This document shows positions 1-12,157 of a DNA stretch of 64,000 bases, piece by piece (positions within the stretch are counted from its first letter, which is position 1; every line of letters begins with the position of its first letter). The DNA lies in NCBI RefSeq assembly GCF_036321535.1, contig NC_087437.1, positions 51,834,001-51,898,000 of the forward strand, read 5' to 3'. A program made the translations under genes and the position numbers. The stretch comes from Camelus dromedarius. Taxonomy: Eukaryota. The notes below the pieces were generated by a model. The model was not told where the DNA came from. It did no database searches and saw only the letters and a program-made list of their open reading frames with translations.

Positions 1-629
1 ACCCACCAGGGGATGAGGAAAGATTAGTGTCTGTGCCGTGGGCTGGGATTTCAGGGCTGCCCTCCCCAGGCAGGCTGCTAACAAGAGCAGGAAGGCTCTG
101 GAAAGGACATCAGGTATCTGATAGAGGCTCTTTGGTTTCCAACCTAACATTCTTCTACAGTCAGTCTCTCCCAGCAGCTCTCTGGTCCAGAAGCAATGCT
201 GAGAATCTAGGTCCTGCAGGGCCAAGAAAACAAGGGGCCTGGTTTGTGTGGCTCCTGGGTTGGTGGCAGGTGCTCCAACCCCACCCCAGCTATGCCTCCC
301 CCACTGGCAGGTCCTCTTTTCAATCTGCTGCAACCAAGGGCCACCTGGATTTTCTGGACCAGCTCTGAGTCCATATAATTTTATTCTTTTCAAAATAAGT
401 TTATTAAAGGTTGACTAAATGTGATTCAAGTTTTCTACTTTCGTAAGACTTTAAATACAAACGTTCTTAAATCAGAGAGTGGAAGCCTTTGCCTGTGCCC
501 ACACAGTGGACTCCTCAACAGCCATCCAAAAGGACAGGCCAACTGCACAGTGACAGGGGAAGATGGTTTGACATCATGACAAGTGGTGGCAAAATCCATC
601 TACATTCTGGAAATGGCATAATTACAATT

Positions 630-798
630 ATTTAAAATTTTTTTAAATAAAAAAGAGGTGGGAGAGCTGGGAAGGAGCTACAGGAGATTGTTACCAGTGG
701 TTGTGCTATGGTGGTACAATTACAGATAATTCTTTTTCTTCTATTTGCCAACTCTTCTGCAATGTGTCTATATGACTTTTGCAATAAATAGAAAGAAA
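630..798 (+). mobile_element. L1ME4-type 3' terminal fragment
   Basis: ttgttaccagtggttgtgc...attacagataattctttttctt...tctgcaatg...ttttgcaataaa. A similar fragment lies at about 11230-11365. Confidence 0.5.
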
Positions 799-1356
799 GA
801 CTCCTTTGGGATGATCCATCCCGACAAAGACCATAAGATTTTCATTCATTCTCTGCCTCAGTGCAGGCCACCTTGCCTCACCCCTTCCTGGGAGATGATA
901 AGAGCAGAGTGGGAAAGCCAGCCAGCCCCCGGCCTGGGGGTGAGGACTCAGGCATTTTTTCCCACTGCCAGTCTAGGAGTGGAAGACTGGAGGGCTGCAT
1001 CTCCTCTGCCCGACCTGCTCCAGGAGCTGGGTCCTTTGGCCTCCATAATCAGGCCCCTGTTGCTCTGCAGGGAGCAGGAAGAGAAATGAGGAGACCTCCT
1101 TCTGGGGCTCCCTGGTGCATCCCCCAGTCTTAGAGCAGGTCAGTCTTGATACCCGTCCCAGCCAGGCACAAGGGCAGGGCAGCCCTGTGGTTTAGTCTGG
1201 TGTGTGCAGGCCTGGCAGGTGTCCAGACATGCAGTTACTAAGAGTAAACAATTTCCCCTTTCCTGTTAGGCTCTCTCCTCTCCCTGGTGTGGCTGGGGAC
1301 TCCACCCAGAAGCTAACCCAGCCTACCCTGCCATTTGGGGCCGATAGGTCAAGCAG

Positions 1357-1590
1357 GCAGTGGGTAGAGTAAACTCTGAGCTTTGGACCTAAACAGACCC
1401 TGGTTCAAATCTTATCCAGCTTTGCCACTAACTAGATGAGCAACCTCGGGAAAATGACATCTGGTCAGAGCCTCATCTGAAAAAGGGCACAATAACCCCC
1501 GTGTGGCAGGGCTGTGATTAGGGTCAAATGAGAGAAATCGGACGGACAGCACCTAGCACAGGCTCAGCAGACAACAACAGTTATTGTTGG
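1357..1590 (+). mobile_element. MIR
   Basis: cagaccctggttcaaatc...tgccactaactag...gctgtgattagggtcaaatgaga. Confidence 0.7.
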
Positions 1591-2079
1591 AGCCAGCAAG
1601 CTTCTGTCTCCCTGGCCCATCCTGGGCCAGGCTCTTGGGGCTGGGGGAGGACCCTGGATTTGACTCTAGGGATCAGTCCTTTTAGTGCTTTGCCCTTCTG
1701 GCCCTGCCTTCAAGGCCGGCTTTGGGACAGTCATGTGACTTCAGGCTGCCCACTTAGCCATCCCTCCTCTTCCCTTTCTTTACATCTGCTTGGCTCTGGA
1801 GGAGTGAGGTGATCCCTGGGAAAGAACCTCGCTTCTCCTTGGGGGAGGGGGTGTAATCACTGTCCTCTGGCTGGAGGTTGGATGACGATTGTGAGAGGTC
1901 TGACCTCACCCTGGCCCTCCGGCCCCACTGTACCCCAGGGCAGGATCGGCCAGGAGACAGAGACTCCATCTAGAAGGCTCTGGTGGTGTTCCCCTGAAAA
2001 ACATCCACAATCTTGGGGGGGATTTCTCAGGGACAGTGGCTGTTTTTAGAGTCCTTGCAGCACTGTAACAATAATATTA

Positions 2080-2310
2080 ATCATCGGAATTATTATGTGT
2101 AGCTCTCTGCAGTTTGCAAAGCCCTTCTTCATATTTCATCTTATTTACTCCTCTCAACAAACAACCTCGTGGGGTGATAGTGTTATTATCTCCATTTCAC
2201 AAATGAGGCCATAGAGGCCCAAAGAGTAAGTGATGACCATACGCAGGTGATAAGTGATGTCTCCTGACCGCAAATCCTGGAGAGGAAACATGGGCTCAAT
2301 GCCAAGACTC
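2080..2310 (-). mobile_element. MIR
   Basis: ttattatctccatttcacaaatgagg...gaggcccaaagagtaagtga. Confidence 0.7.
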
Positions 2311-5089
2311 CTGGGGGCTTCTCCCTTTGTTTTGAGCCCCTGCACACACCAAAAGGAGATCATTTCTGTTCTCCCTTCAGTAGAGAAGGAGAGAATCTGA
2401 TTAAAATGAAGGTGGGGGAAACAGAGAGTTGGGGGGAAGGAGGTTTCCCCAGGTGCTGGGTGTGAAATTAACAAGCTGTGACGGCAGATGCCTCGGTGCC
2501 ATGGGTGGTGGGTCAAGTGTAGGGGGGTTAGCTGGCCTCACACCTGGGGCCTGTTAGGTGGCCCCCACCAGGACACAACCCAGTCCTTCCCACAACCTTG
2601 GAGAAGAGAACAAAGTTCACTTTTCTGGTGCACCCCTGGCCATTGGAGGAAAAGAAATTTCTGGAAAGGCTTTCCGGGAGCAAGACCCTTCCACCACACA
2701 CAGCGCTCAGAGGGGCAGGAAAGGAATCCTTTCACTTGCTCTGCGCTTGGGTCAAGTGCCTGTATCACCTACCTGCTAGAACAACAGGAGGCATGGGGGC
2801 AGGCTTGTGACGACCAGCAGGCAGCTGCTGGCAGCCCTCCCACTCTCCACTTCCCCATGTGTGGAGAGGGTGTGGTGGTCCAGGATTCTACCACCTCCCC
2901 ACCTGTGAGGCCCAAACCCAGTGAAAAAACCCAGTCTTTTGGGGAGAAGAAACGAGCCTTTGACTTCCAAATTGCTGCGGCATGATATGGGGAAGTCCTG
3001 ACTAAGCGTCCTGAAGCCAGCTGTCAATTTAGTTTGGCCACTGCCTGTCCCTCTGCCTTTGTGGCCAGCTGTGTGGTGGTGCTATTTTCAGCATGAGTGG
3101 CAGAGCACAAATGTCCTCCCCGCAGTCAGCCAGCTTCCCCACCCGGTGGTCCCGGGGCCCCTCCGCAGGCCGGATGGGGAGGCAGGGCCTCAGACTACTT
3201 CCTGGAAACTTTATGACTTTTCTCCCTGCTCTGCTCAGTGCCTCTCCCAGGGACTGCTCAGATAATAAAATAAGGCATTATAATAATGGTGACGAAATAC
3301 TGATCACCCACCTACCATAGGCCAGGTACTGTGCGCGGCATTACATTTACATTTTCTCATTCACTCCCGCTTGGTTCTGACTGCTCTATGCCCTGCTTTA
3401 GAAAGGGGCCTGCTACGTAGAGAACAGGTATATTGCTTCTCGTTCATTAAACTTGTTGCTGATAGATTCATCTTTAGAAAAAAAAAAAAACCACATTGTT
3501 TTCACAGGGAAAATAGACTTCATTTATATTGTTTTGCTTTGCGGGAAAACTTCCAGAAACCTCAGGCTGACCTAGGACGCTGCTAGTGTCCACAGTGGGC
3601 ATGCCCTCTGAGGACATGTCACCTAAAATTCACAAGCATCTTTCTAGTCCCAGCTGCTCTTCCCATCAGGGAGGCTGTATTTTAGAGTCGGGTTCTCTGG
3701 TCTTTCCCACCCTGGCTCAGCAACTGAGGCCTTTCCTGTCGGAACTGGAAGGGCAGAGGTTCTGTGTCCAGCTATGGACTGGTGGGCCATGATGCTCCTT
3801 GGCAAGCCTCCCTCCCAGCCTCGGAGGCCCTGGGACACTGCCCCTGCAGGAGCTGCCAGGAGAGGGGAGGGTTTGTGGGGAGGGCTGTGGATGGAGGGTG
3901 GGAAAGGAGAACATTCCTCCAGCTGGTGGCAGGAGCTGGCCAGCCAGAGACCTTGTTCACGGCCCAATGCAGTACAGCTCTTGTGTTTATGAGCTTTGTG
4001 AGATTTAGAGTGCTCTGTATTATCCACAGGTTTTTTGGGGTCACATCAAAGGTTAGAAAGCCATGGAAAGAGTTCTTTCTCCATGAATCACACTTCTCCA
4101 AAATGTAATTCTCTGAGAGGAGCCGACTTGCTTTATAGAGCTGGCAGGAGAAAGGGGATAATAGGGGCTCCTGTGGAGTTTTCCCAAAGAAACCTTCTCT
4201 GGAAGTCTGGACAAAGGAATTCTCAGAGCAGAGAGGAGCCAGAGGAGAAGGACCCACTGGGACCAGGTTGATGGACGAGGGTTTGGGGATTATAATGAGG
4301 TGGCAACTGGGCTTCAGATGCTGCTGGCCTGGAAGAATTGGTCCATTGTATTGCACAACTCCAAGGAGCACTTTACCTTGTGCAGTGCACGACCTGCACA
4401 GTCATACATAGCGACCCTTTCCTTGCTCCCCTCGAATGGATCTGCTATCTCTTTAATGGCTTCCACAGAGTGCCATAGATGGTCCAAGAATATGATTATC
4501 CATGTGCTTATCTGCACCCTATTCCTAGCCACTTCATAGTTGCACCTTTGCGAACAGGGACCTTCTCTTCTTAGCTTTTGTTTTCCAGACTGGCACGTAG
4601 TTTAAACTCAGTAAATGTTTGTGGAATGAATGAATAAGCATTGTCAAGAGAATTCTTCCAGCATTTGGAAACTGGTATGACTAACTCAAGTATTAGGAGC
4701 CAAGAAGAGCTTTGATTTCTTTGAAGAGAGTTCTACCCAAATACACCAACTCCTTTAAGACCCAGATAGACCACTGTCTGCTTTTAGGAAGTCCCCCAGA
4801 TGAATTTTTTTACACTTAGTGCCTCCATTTCTCAAATACTTAACTAGTCTCTGTCTCAGACACCATGATGGGGTGCCCTGGAGAAGCCCACAGTCCTGAC
4901 TGGGTGACAGACACACACGCTGGTCATTACAATGGAGTGGTCAGAACCGTCAAAACGAAAGGCACATATGAAGCATGGGAAGGGGCTCCAGGGTTCTAGG
5001 AACGGAGTGGCTCAGTCATGGCCAGAATAGCAGACTTCACAGAGGCAGGCAGACGTGGAGGGAAACTGTCTTTGCTCTGCTCTTATCTC

Positions 5090-6210
5090 GGCTTTGGCTC
5101 TCTTAAGCACAGAGAGGTTAAGTGTCTACTCCAAGGTCACATGAGTAGGAAGTAGGTCTCAAACCGGGTTCTTCAACTCCACATCCTGTGACACGCTACC
5201 AGCTCTCTCTCTGTGCTCCAGCCCAGGCCTTAATAACCTGCCCATCCAAATCCCCTGCGGCCTCACAGAGCATCTGATGTTAGAGGAGGCCTCAGCCACG
5301 GCTATGGAGTTTATTCCTGAGCCATCCTGTCCACCTGTCTGGGCCTCCTTTTATCTGTGGTTGTCCCGTTAACAATCCAGCTTGTTCCCAGCTCCGCACC
5401 TATCTCACGCAGCAGTCTGATGCTCTGCTGACCTACTTGGCAGCTCTCATGCTCTCCGCTTGGTTCCCCAGGCTCTGCCTGGCAGTCGCCCTCTTGGTGG
5501 ATTATAGCGCCTTTGCACCTTTGGGCACCTGGCCTCCAGGTTGTCATGAGGCACTAGGGGCCTCAGTTCCTCCAGGTCTGGGCGCACTTCACTCTGCCAA
5601 GCCTCTGGCGCAAGCCAAGCCCAAACCAAGTCCCTGTCCCCTGCTGCCAGACACCCACAGTCAGTCTTCTCTGCTAGGACTTCATCTCAGCTCACCAGCT
5701 GGGACACTGCACATCCTAGTGCTGGGCTGCACGAGGAGAGACGGCATGTGCTCTGAAGTCAGACAGACTGGGTTCAACTTCTACATCTGTATGTTTTCAG
5801 AAGTTCCTTACCTTCCCTGGGCCTTATTTTCCCATGTATAAAATAGGAATAATAATACCAACCTCACACAAATATATGCACAATCTGTACCTGGTACCTG
5901 GCTGAGGAAGTGGGAGCTGATAGTTCTTCAAAAGCTTTTCACGTGGCTTTGGCTTTCTTGAGCAGAGAGGTTAAGTGTCAACTCCAAGGTCACATGGCTA
6001 GTAAGTAGGTCTCAAACCTGATTCTTTTTTCTTATTTTGGGGGGGTTCGTGAATTAAAAAAGAAAGTTTGTTGTTGTTGTTGGAGTATAGTCAGTTTACA
6101 ATGTTGTGTCAATTTCTGGTATCAAACCCAATTCTCCAACTTCACATCCTGTGACACATCCCCATCTTGCTTTCTGTGCTCAAGCCCCAGCTTTGATAGG
6201 CTGTCCATCC
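5090..6210 (+). repeat. Local direct duplication: copy A 5090-5247, copy B 5945-6210 (B interrupted by L1)
   Basis: Shared blocks ggctttggct, agagaggttaagtgtc, actccaaggtcacatg, aagtaggtctcaaacc, cacatcctgtgacac, tctgtgctc and ccatcc in the same order. Confidence 0.85.
6026..6121 (-). mobile_element. Very short 5'-truncated L1 3' end
   Basis: gagtatagtcagtttacaatgttgtgtcaatttctggt matches the other L1 3' termini in the window. TSD tcaaacctgattct 6012-6025 / tcaaacccaattct 6122-6135. Confidence 0.75.
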
Positions 6211-7324
6211 TCTGGGTCTTGTCTGAGCCTGAGATGCACAGAGAAAGCCTGAGTTCGCCCATTTACAGTGAGGGGGTTTGGGCTTAGTGTGAATAAGTGA
6301 ATTGCTCAAGGTCACGCTGTTCGTCGGGGGGGGCTGTGTGAGAACATCCCGATTCAGCATTTTGTGGCCTCAAAATAAATCCTTTCCACGTCTTCCTTTC
6401 CACTGTCAGAGCACCAAGCCCTGTTCTGATAAAGCCGTCTCTCCCCAGGGTCAGAATGCCTCTGAGTCTAGGCATCATTCTGGCTCTTTCCATGGTCCCA
6501 AGTAGACCTTTCCAGTGGGGAGTGGTGAGATGGACTCTCCGGATAGTCTTGGGGGCTGAAGAACACAGTGCCTGGAGCCCTGGGAAGGAGGATGCTGCTG
6601 GCTGAGACCGACACCTCATACCCCTGCGTCAACCCAGACTCTGCTCTCCCCATCCCCCAGCCCCTGGCCAGAGCAGCCTTGTGGCTGGTTGGCGGCGGCC
6701 GCCGGGCCCCGTCCCCGGGCTGCCAAGGTTGGCAACCTCGCGGCCACGCTGCACAACTCTGCGCCTCTCCTCCTCAGTTTATTTCTTCCAGATATGCAGT
6801 TGCTGCTTTTTATTTGGATCACTTTTCTGTGTTATGGTATTTCAGTTGTTTTTCCACTCCGTCCCTCCACCCTCTGCCTTTCCCCCATGGCAGGATTCCT
6901 AAGAAGACCAGTTTTTGGAGAGAGGCTGCAGGCACATCTGCTCTCTGGCTGCAGCATTCCAGGAGGGCCCAGTCAGGGGCTCAGGTCTCAGGGAGCCAGG
7001 ACACGCTGGGCAGCAGAGGCTGGGGGCAGGGCTCAGGGTTCAGTGGAGGCCGGTGGTGGGCACACTCCCTGCAGCAGGCAGGGCTGAGCCTCAGGGCCCG
7101 GGACAGCTGCCAAAGTCCTGGGGCCGCAGCTCACCAGCTCCCTGGCCCTGCTGGCTGTGGCTGCTGGCTCTCTCGGCTCAGATCTGCATTTGCCAGACTT
7201 GGGGTGAGAGGGAAACCAGGAGCCTTGGAAAACACCCTGGCCCTCTGTCTCCTCTTTTGTCAGCAGTTCTGAGGGGGTGGGGATCCTGTGTGTGGTCAGT
7301 ATAGGAGTCAGTGTAGGGGGTGCA

Positions 7325-7535
7325 GTTATGTGTGCTAGAGACTCAGAAGTCACAGGGCCCGGGTTCGATTCCTGACTTTCCCACCAAAGGCTGTGTGAAC
7401 CTGGGCAAGTGACCATGAAGTGGGCACGATAACATGCCTTCCTCACAGCGTTGTTGTGAGGGTTCACTGAGTCGATTTGTGAAAATACTTCCTGGCACAT
7501 AGTAAGTGCTCAATAAATGTTTTAGCTGTTATTAT
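7325..7535 (+). mobile_element. MIR
   Basis: gggttcgattcctg...gctgtgtgaacctgggcaagtgac...cctggcacatagtaagtgctcaataaatgtt. Confidence 0.8.
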
Positions 7536-7571
7536 ATGTGCACGGGGGTATGTGTGGAATTTAGTAGATTT

Positions 7572-7760
7572 AGGGTGGTGCTTCTTGGACTTTGGAGTGT
7601 GAGAATCGCCTGGGAAGCTTGTTAAAAGTGCTGGCACCTGGGCCAGACCTGCAGAGATTCTGATCCAGCAGCTCTTGGGTGTGCTCAGGGATTTACATTT
7701 TCATCCAGAGGTCCCGGCGACACTAATGCCCTGGCCCAGGGTCTGATCTGGAGTTGTCTG
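7572..7760. mobile_element. MER5A-like MITE (degenerate)
   Basis: gagaatcgcctgggaagcttgttaaaa...cagagattctgatccagca. Confidence 0.65.
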
Positions 7761-8514
7761 AGGTGTCTGGGTGAACAGATCCTTGGGATCCTGGGCTCTG
7801 GTATCTCAATCAGAATGGCTTTGCAAATGTAGCTGGAGACCAGGTGAAGGGGTGGAATGGGATGTGGCAAGAGGTGGGCAGGAGCAACCCCAGGCTGATC
7901 CTTGAGACTCTAGGGAGTAATTAAGGTTGTTGGCCTTTTACGCATGGGATTGACACAGTCCTACTGAGTGACTGGGGTTGGACCAGCCTGGTTTACAAGC
8001 CCAGGGCACAGCAGATGGAAAAGGGGGTAGAAAATTGCAGTTAGCTCAAGGCCAGAGTGGCAGAAGGGTCTGTGCCTGGACAGAAGCCGTGGCAGTATCT
8101 GGAGGATGGGAGAATCACCCAGATTGAGCAGTGGTGCCAACCCCCTACTCCCTCAGGCTGGCGGCCTCACCAGCCGAGCCAGGCCATGGCCAGACTCAAG
8201 GGTATGGCTTAGGATAAGAATCTGGCTCTGTCAACTTACACCCTCAAAAGCTTGTAGTTTCTTGATTGATTTTTCTCTACTTTTTCTCTTAGTAAAGATC
8301 TTTTAGAAAAAGTCTTTGTTTTGACTGAGCTAAGAAAAGAAGGAGGTGGGATGTGCTGAGGCTGGGGAGAGGGCTGGTTGCCGGCTGTGGGGAGGAGTCT
8401 GGGGAGTCCAGCAGTGCCGCCCATCATGCAGAATTCACCCATCAGGAGCAGGCCTATGGGGCCAGTGCTGAGAGCCGGGGCCTCACCTGGGGTCTCCTTT
8501 CAGACAGTGAATTT

Positions 8515-8596
8515 TTTTTTAATGAAAGTTTTTTTTTAATTGAAGTATAGTCAATTACAATGTGTCAATTTCTGATGTACAGCATAATGTCCCAAG
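8515..8596 (-). mobile_element. Very short 5'-truncated L1 3' end
   Basis: Poly(T) followed by ttgaagtatagtcaattacaatgtgtcaatttctgatgtacagcataatgt. TSD cagtgaattt at 8505-8514 and 8597-8606. Confidence 0.8.
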
Positions 8597-9849
8597 CAGT
8601 GAATTTGATGTATCTATTAAGCGTATGTGAAGGTGAGTGTGCGAGTGCATGTATGTATAGATGTACATGTACACAGGTGAGTGTTGCATGCATGTGTACT
8701 CATTCAGTTCATTAATGACAATCACAAAATATTTACTGATTGTGTACTATGTGCCAGACACTGTTCTAGAGGCCTGGGATTTATCAATGAACAAAATGAA
8801 ATCCTTGCCCTCAAGGAGGTTACTTTCTACGGGGATTTTGTGTGTGTAGAGGGGCTGGATATGTTTGTGTGTGTAAGTCTAGGGTGCACACATATGTGAA
8901 GAAAGAAGAATAGTAACACGTGAGTGCACAGGCAGATCTGGATCAGGCATCATCTGCCATTTTCTAGGCGTATGATCCTGGGAAAAATAGTTAACTTTTC
9001 TGAGCCTTGTTTTTTTTAAAAAATGGGAAAATGATTCCTTTCTCTCACAATTGTTATGAGCCTAAATGTAAAAATATTTGGAATGCTCCATGCAAATTAC
9101 CTGGTATATGATAGCTGCCAAATGACATTTTTTCTTAGTGTCTCCTGTGGAGTTGGAGGAGATATTTCTGTGTGTGTATACCAAGTGTGCATTTGCATCT
9201 GGGCAACATGTTCTGTGTGCCCAAGAGGTTGAAAGTGTAGATTCTCCCTGAGTGAGAACCTCCCCATCTTGGGATGTGTCCTGCACAGTGCAGATATCTC
9301 AGGTCTGATCAAACGTGAGGTGTTGCCTGGAAAGTTCCATTCCAAGACAGAAGGTCTATTATAAAGTGGGGAGAGAAAGGCTCTAAGTTTGGAATCCCAT
9401 GGGTTGGCCCATTTAAGCCTTTGCTTAGCTCTGTCCTGAGTCCTTCCAGCTGCAGTGTGATTGTGTGTTTGCAGTTCTCTTTTTAGTGCACACAAAGAAT
9501 CTTGGCCACCCCTTAGCTTACACTCACCTACAACAACTTGCCACTTTTCTTTTCCCAGTTCCATGACTCCCTGGCCATGCTGCTCCCTAGACCTTCTTCT
9601 TAACCCCCAGATCATTTGTAGAAGTAAGTTCAGAAGATGGACCCAGAAGGCAACTATGTGGGCAGGACTGCATTTCTGTGTAATCTGCTTGTGACTGCCA
9701 AGATCATTGCTTGTAGCAAGAAGAGAGATGGGTCAGGTTCCTGCTCTCTTCCCCCTAGACTCTCTCCCAAGGAGAAAGTCTATGGTTTTGGCTATGTCCT
9801 CGAAGAAGAGGACTCAGACTCTGATACCTCAGCATCCCTCCAGTTCTAA

Positions 9850-10420
9850 GAGTTCATGGGACTTTCAACTCAGCAACTGAGACTCAGTATGACTGATGAC
9901 ATATCCATCTCCTTGACCACAAACCGGCTCCCCCTGTACACCCAGCTGTTCTAATGAGTGACGCCAGCATTCTTCCAGACACGCCAGCTTGAAGTTGCTG
10001 AGTCATACCTCACATGCCCCATAGCTGACCAATTACCAAATCATTTCAAGTTATTCCCCCAACCAGTCCTTTCTCACCCCCATTCCTGCTGCACCACTCC
10101 TTTGGTCAGGCTGTCATTGACTCCAGTTTGGAGTGGCACGGTCTCCCATGTGGCCTCCCCGCCTCCAGCCTCCCCTTTCACAACCAGCCAGTCCACCGTC
10201 CATGTGTTCATCACTCTCCCTCAGCCACTACCCCTAGCTGTTCTCTCTCCATCCACAGCACCCTCTCCTCTTCTCCACAAACTCTGCTCTAACCTAACCA
10301 GTCCCCTCATGTTTCCCGGGACACTGCACACTCCTGCTACCTGACCTTTGCTGAAGTGGTTTCCCTTACCTAGAATCCTTCCCTCCATTCCAACCTTGTA
10401 CCTAAATTCTAGCCATCTCT
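9850..10420 (+). mobile_element. Degenerate L2 fragment
   Basis: Pyrimidine-rich with L2-like blocks such as acctttgctga...cccttacctagaat. Confidence 0.5.
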
Positions 10421-11689
10421 CACAGTATATAACATCCCTGGCTAAGATGCACCATAAGCTTTTGAAAACATGATGGTAGGAAAGGTTGGGGGAAGGGAGC
10501 TATAGTTGCTAGCGGTTTGCTAGAGGAGGAGGATTCAGTTCAACTTTGGGGCAGACTTTTGCTTTGTTTTGGGAAAATTAGCACCAATCTAAAACTGTGT
10601 CATCACTGTCAGCATGAATGCACATGTTCACCGTTCTAGTTCAGCGGTGTAAATAGCCATGTCTTGGGAGACAGGGACTGCCTTTTGGTCTCTTTTTCCC
10701 CTAAGGTTTGAGGAAAAGAGTTGTGGAGGAAGGGAGCCTGGACTGGTCCTTGTGAAGGTGACTATTTGCAGCTGAAGTTTGGAGAGTTGCTTGCAAGAAA
10801 TCACAAGCAGAGTCAAGCAGGCTTCCTGAGGAGGCTGGAGAGGCCCTGGCACTGCTGCTTTGGGACCCAGGTGATGTTTCTTGACGCAGAGCTTGGGAGA
10901 AGGACACTCTGTTCATCTCTGCACAGAACCACTGCCCCCATCTAGAACACTGGGGGCATCAGAGGAGGCAGCATTCATGGATGCTGAGGACCCCACAAGG
11001 ACCATCTGCAGTAGAAGCTCCTTTCCCAGGCCTCCTCGAGCCCCGCCTGGTGACTGCTGTGGATAGATGGGTTTGTGACATCATTTGAGATGCCCCATTG
11101 GGAGCTCCCAGAAGTATTAGAGGGAAATATTGCATGGAGTGAGGCTCAGTGTCATTGTAACTCATTGTTAAAGTAGCAACAAATCATTATTCCCTTGATG
11201 GGTGAAAACTAAATATACTAGTGACGGATATAAAACCATACTACACTGCTAACCATGGTTGCCTCTGGGTGCCAGTATTCTAGAGAATTCATTTTCTTCT
11301 TTATATTTTCATGGACCTCTCCAAATTTTCTACTATAAGCATTTGTAATTGGAAAACAAAAGCTATGAATAATGAATATTTTCTCTTTTCTTCCCCTCTG
11401 GGCGCAGCAGAAGCCTCTGTGCTGCCTAAGGCTGTTGTGGTTTCTCCCCGCCGCTCAACTACTACGGTAACTCTTGGGTGCAGATCCGTGTGTATTTCTC
11501 GTTTTGGGTACTTGTGCCAGCTGTGCAGGCTCCTTCAGGAGAGGGAACACGTCTCCTTCCTCCCTCTCAGCTCACTCTGCTTGCAGGGGCTACTTCTCAG
11601 AACCCACCTGGCTTGTTTCCACCCTGGGCCTTCATCCTCACTGTTCCATCTGCTAGCACCTCTTCTACCCCACCCTCCCACCCCCCCCA

Positions 11690-12001
11690 AGACAGTTTCT
11701 GGGCTTCCTGCTTATCACCTTCAGTTTTGACTCAAATGTCACTTCTCAGTGAGGCTTTCCCTGACCAGAGTATTAAATTTGCATACCCTCCGGGAGCTCT
11801 TTCCCTCTTCCTGCTTCATTTTGCATTGCAACATAGATCTCCACCTTACATGCTACTTATTATGCCCCTTTATTATCTATCTTAAATAAGCTCTAGAAGA
11901 AGGATTTTTGCATATATTCTTCTCTGCTGTAATCTCACCACCAAGATGTACGCCTGCTATGTATAGAAGATGCTCAATAAGTATTTACTGAATGAGTGAA
12001 T
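11690..12001 (+). mobile_element. L2 3' end
   Basis: ctcaaatgtcacttctcagtgaggctttccctgacc...tgctcaataagtatttactgaatgagtgaat. Confidence 0.8.
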
Positions 12002-12051
12002 ACAGTTTACCAGATTTTGTGCCAGGTGCTTAGTAATCCCCTCATTCAGTC

Positions 12052-12157
12052 TTTTTTTTTTTTTTTTTTTTTTTTTAATTGTTGGAGGCACTGAGGATTG
12101 AACCCAGGACCTCGTGCATGCTAAGCATGTGGTCTACCACTGAGCTACTACCCTCCC
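12052..12157 (-). mobile_element. tRNA-derived SINE (camelid Vic-1-like), inserted in a MIR
   Basis: Minus-strand A box TAGCTCAGTGG (12147-12137) and B box GGTTCAATCC (12104-12095), 25-nt poly(A) tail. TSD cctcattcagtct 12040-12052 / cctcattcagcct 12160-12172. Confidence 0.9.

Noticed and set aside
6568..7304. 234-aa ORF and overlapping ORFs
   Set aside because: Non-ATG start, GC-rich low-information translation, no recognisable domain or exon structure.
12052..12157. tRNA-like A and B boxes suggesting a tRNA gene
   Set aside because: Poly(A) tail, TSD and four related copies show it is a tRNA-derived SINE.
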